In this document: in pieces, positions 27,495 through 27,666 of the stretch
Position numbering within the stretch: the first letter of the stretch is position 1
Layout: each line of letters opens with the position of its first letter
DNA from: an uncultured bacterium
GTDB taxonomy: Bacteria; Schekmanbacteria; GWA2-38-11; J061
NCBI GenBank assembly: GCA_964549305.1
Contig: CAZJVM010000034.1
Location: 1 to 27,666 of the forward strand
Direction: 5' to 3'
Length of the DNA stretch: 27,666 bases
Program-made: the position numbers and the translations under genes
Notes under the pieces: generated by a model
What the model saw: the letters and a program-made list of their open reading frames with translations, nothing else
Databases searched by the model: none
What the model was told of the DNA's origin: nothing

Positions 27495-27666
27495 TCACCC
27501 CAGATATCCCAAAGTCTTGAGGCGTTTTGCCGTATCCTTGTCGATTTCCGTTTCGCCGGAATTTCTTATCTTTATTTGATTTTTAATTTTTATTGCCCTG
27601 TCGCGGTAAAGTGTAATTGCTTCCTCGAGCAGGTTTGCCTTGCCGGGAGATGTCCCCTCGAAATTG
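27495..27666 (-). CDS. C-terminus of a second sulfatase-like protein (runs in from window end)
   Basis: Hand translation NFEGTSPGKANLLEEAITLYRDRAIKIKNQIKIRNSGETEIDKDTAKRLKTLGYLG* parallels the downstream paralogue's end (SIAGTSPELL...FDEETKDKLRALGYMN). Confidence 0.8.
   Translation of the reverse strand, partial: NFEGTSPGKANLLEEAITLYRDRAIKIKNQIKIRNSGETEIDKDTAKRLKTLGYLG

Overview
Gene-dense bacterial chromosomal window, probably from an anaerobic diderm (AsmA-like protein, lipoproteins, AOR-family W/Mo enzyme). The taxon cannot be fixed from sequence alone. I saw no rRNA, tRNA, CRISPR array or mobile element. About 24 CDSs, in order: truncated AsmA-like protein, NHL propeller, alpha/beta hydrolase, DUF4398-like lipoprotein, CDF transporter, split-barrel/hydrolase fusion, family-B DNA polymerase with a C-terminal clamp motif, two small membrane proteins, an RCCR/ferredoxin-dependent bilin reductase (FDBR)-like protein, a CruF-like membrane protein, a degenerate HemF-like protein, a TMTC-like GT-C/TPR protein, a GH74-like double propeller, MFS, moaB, CE4 deacetylase, GT2, DUF169 plus AOR-family oxidoreductase, a small Lys-rich Cys/His protein, mutL and two tandem sulfatase-like proteins. 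The best candidate for an undescribed system is the 9.7-12.3 kb trio (RCCR/FDBR-like, CruF-like, HemF-like), a possible pigment or tetrapyrrole modification/scavenging module. Next is the DUF169/non-canonical AOR operon behind a MerR-type promoter. All family calls come from motif recognition by eye, not database searches.
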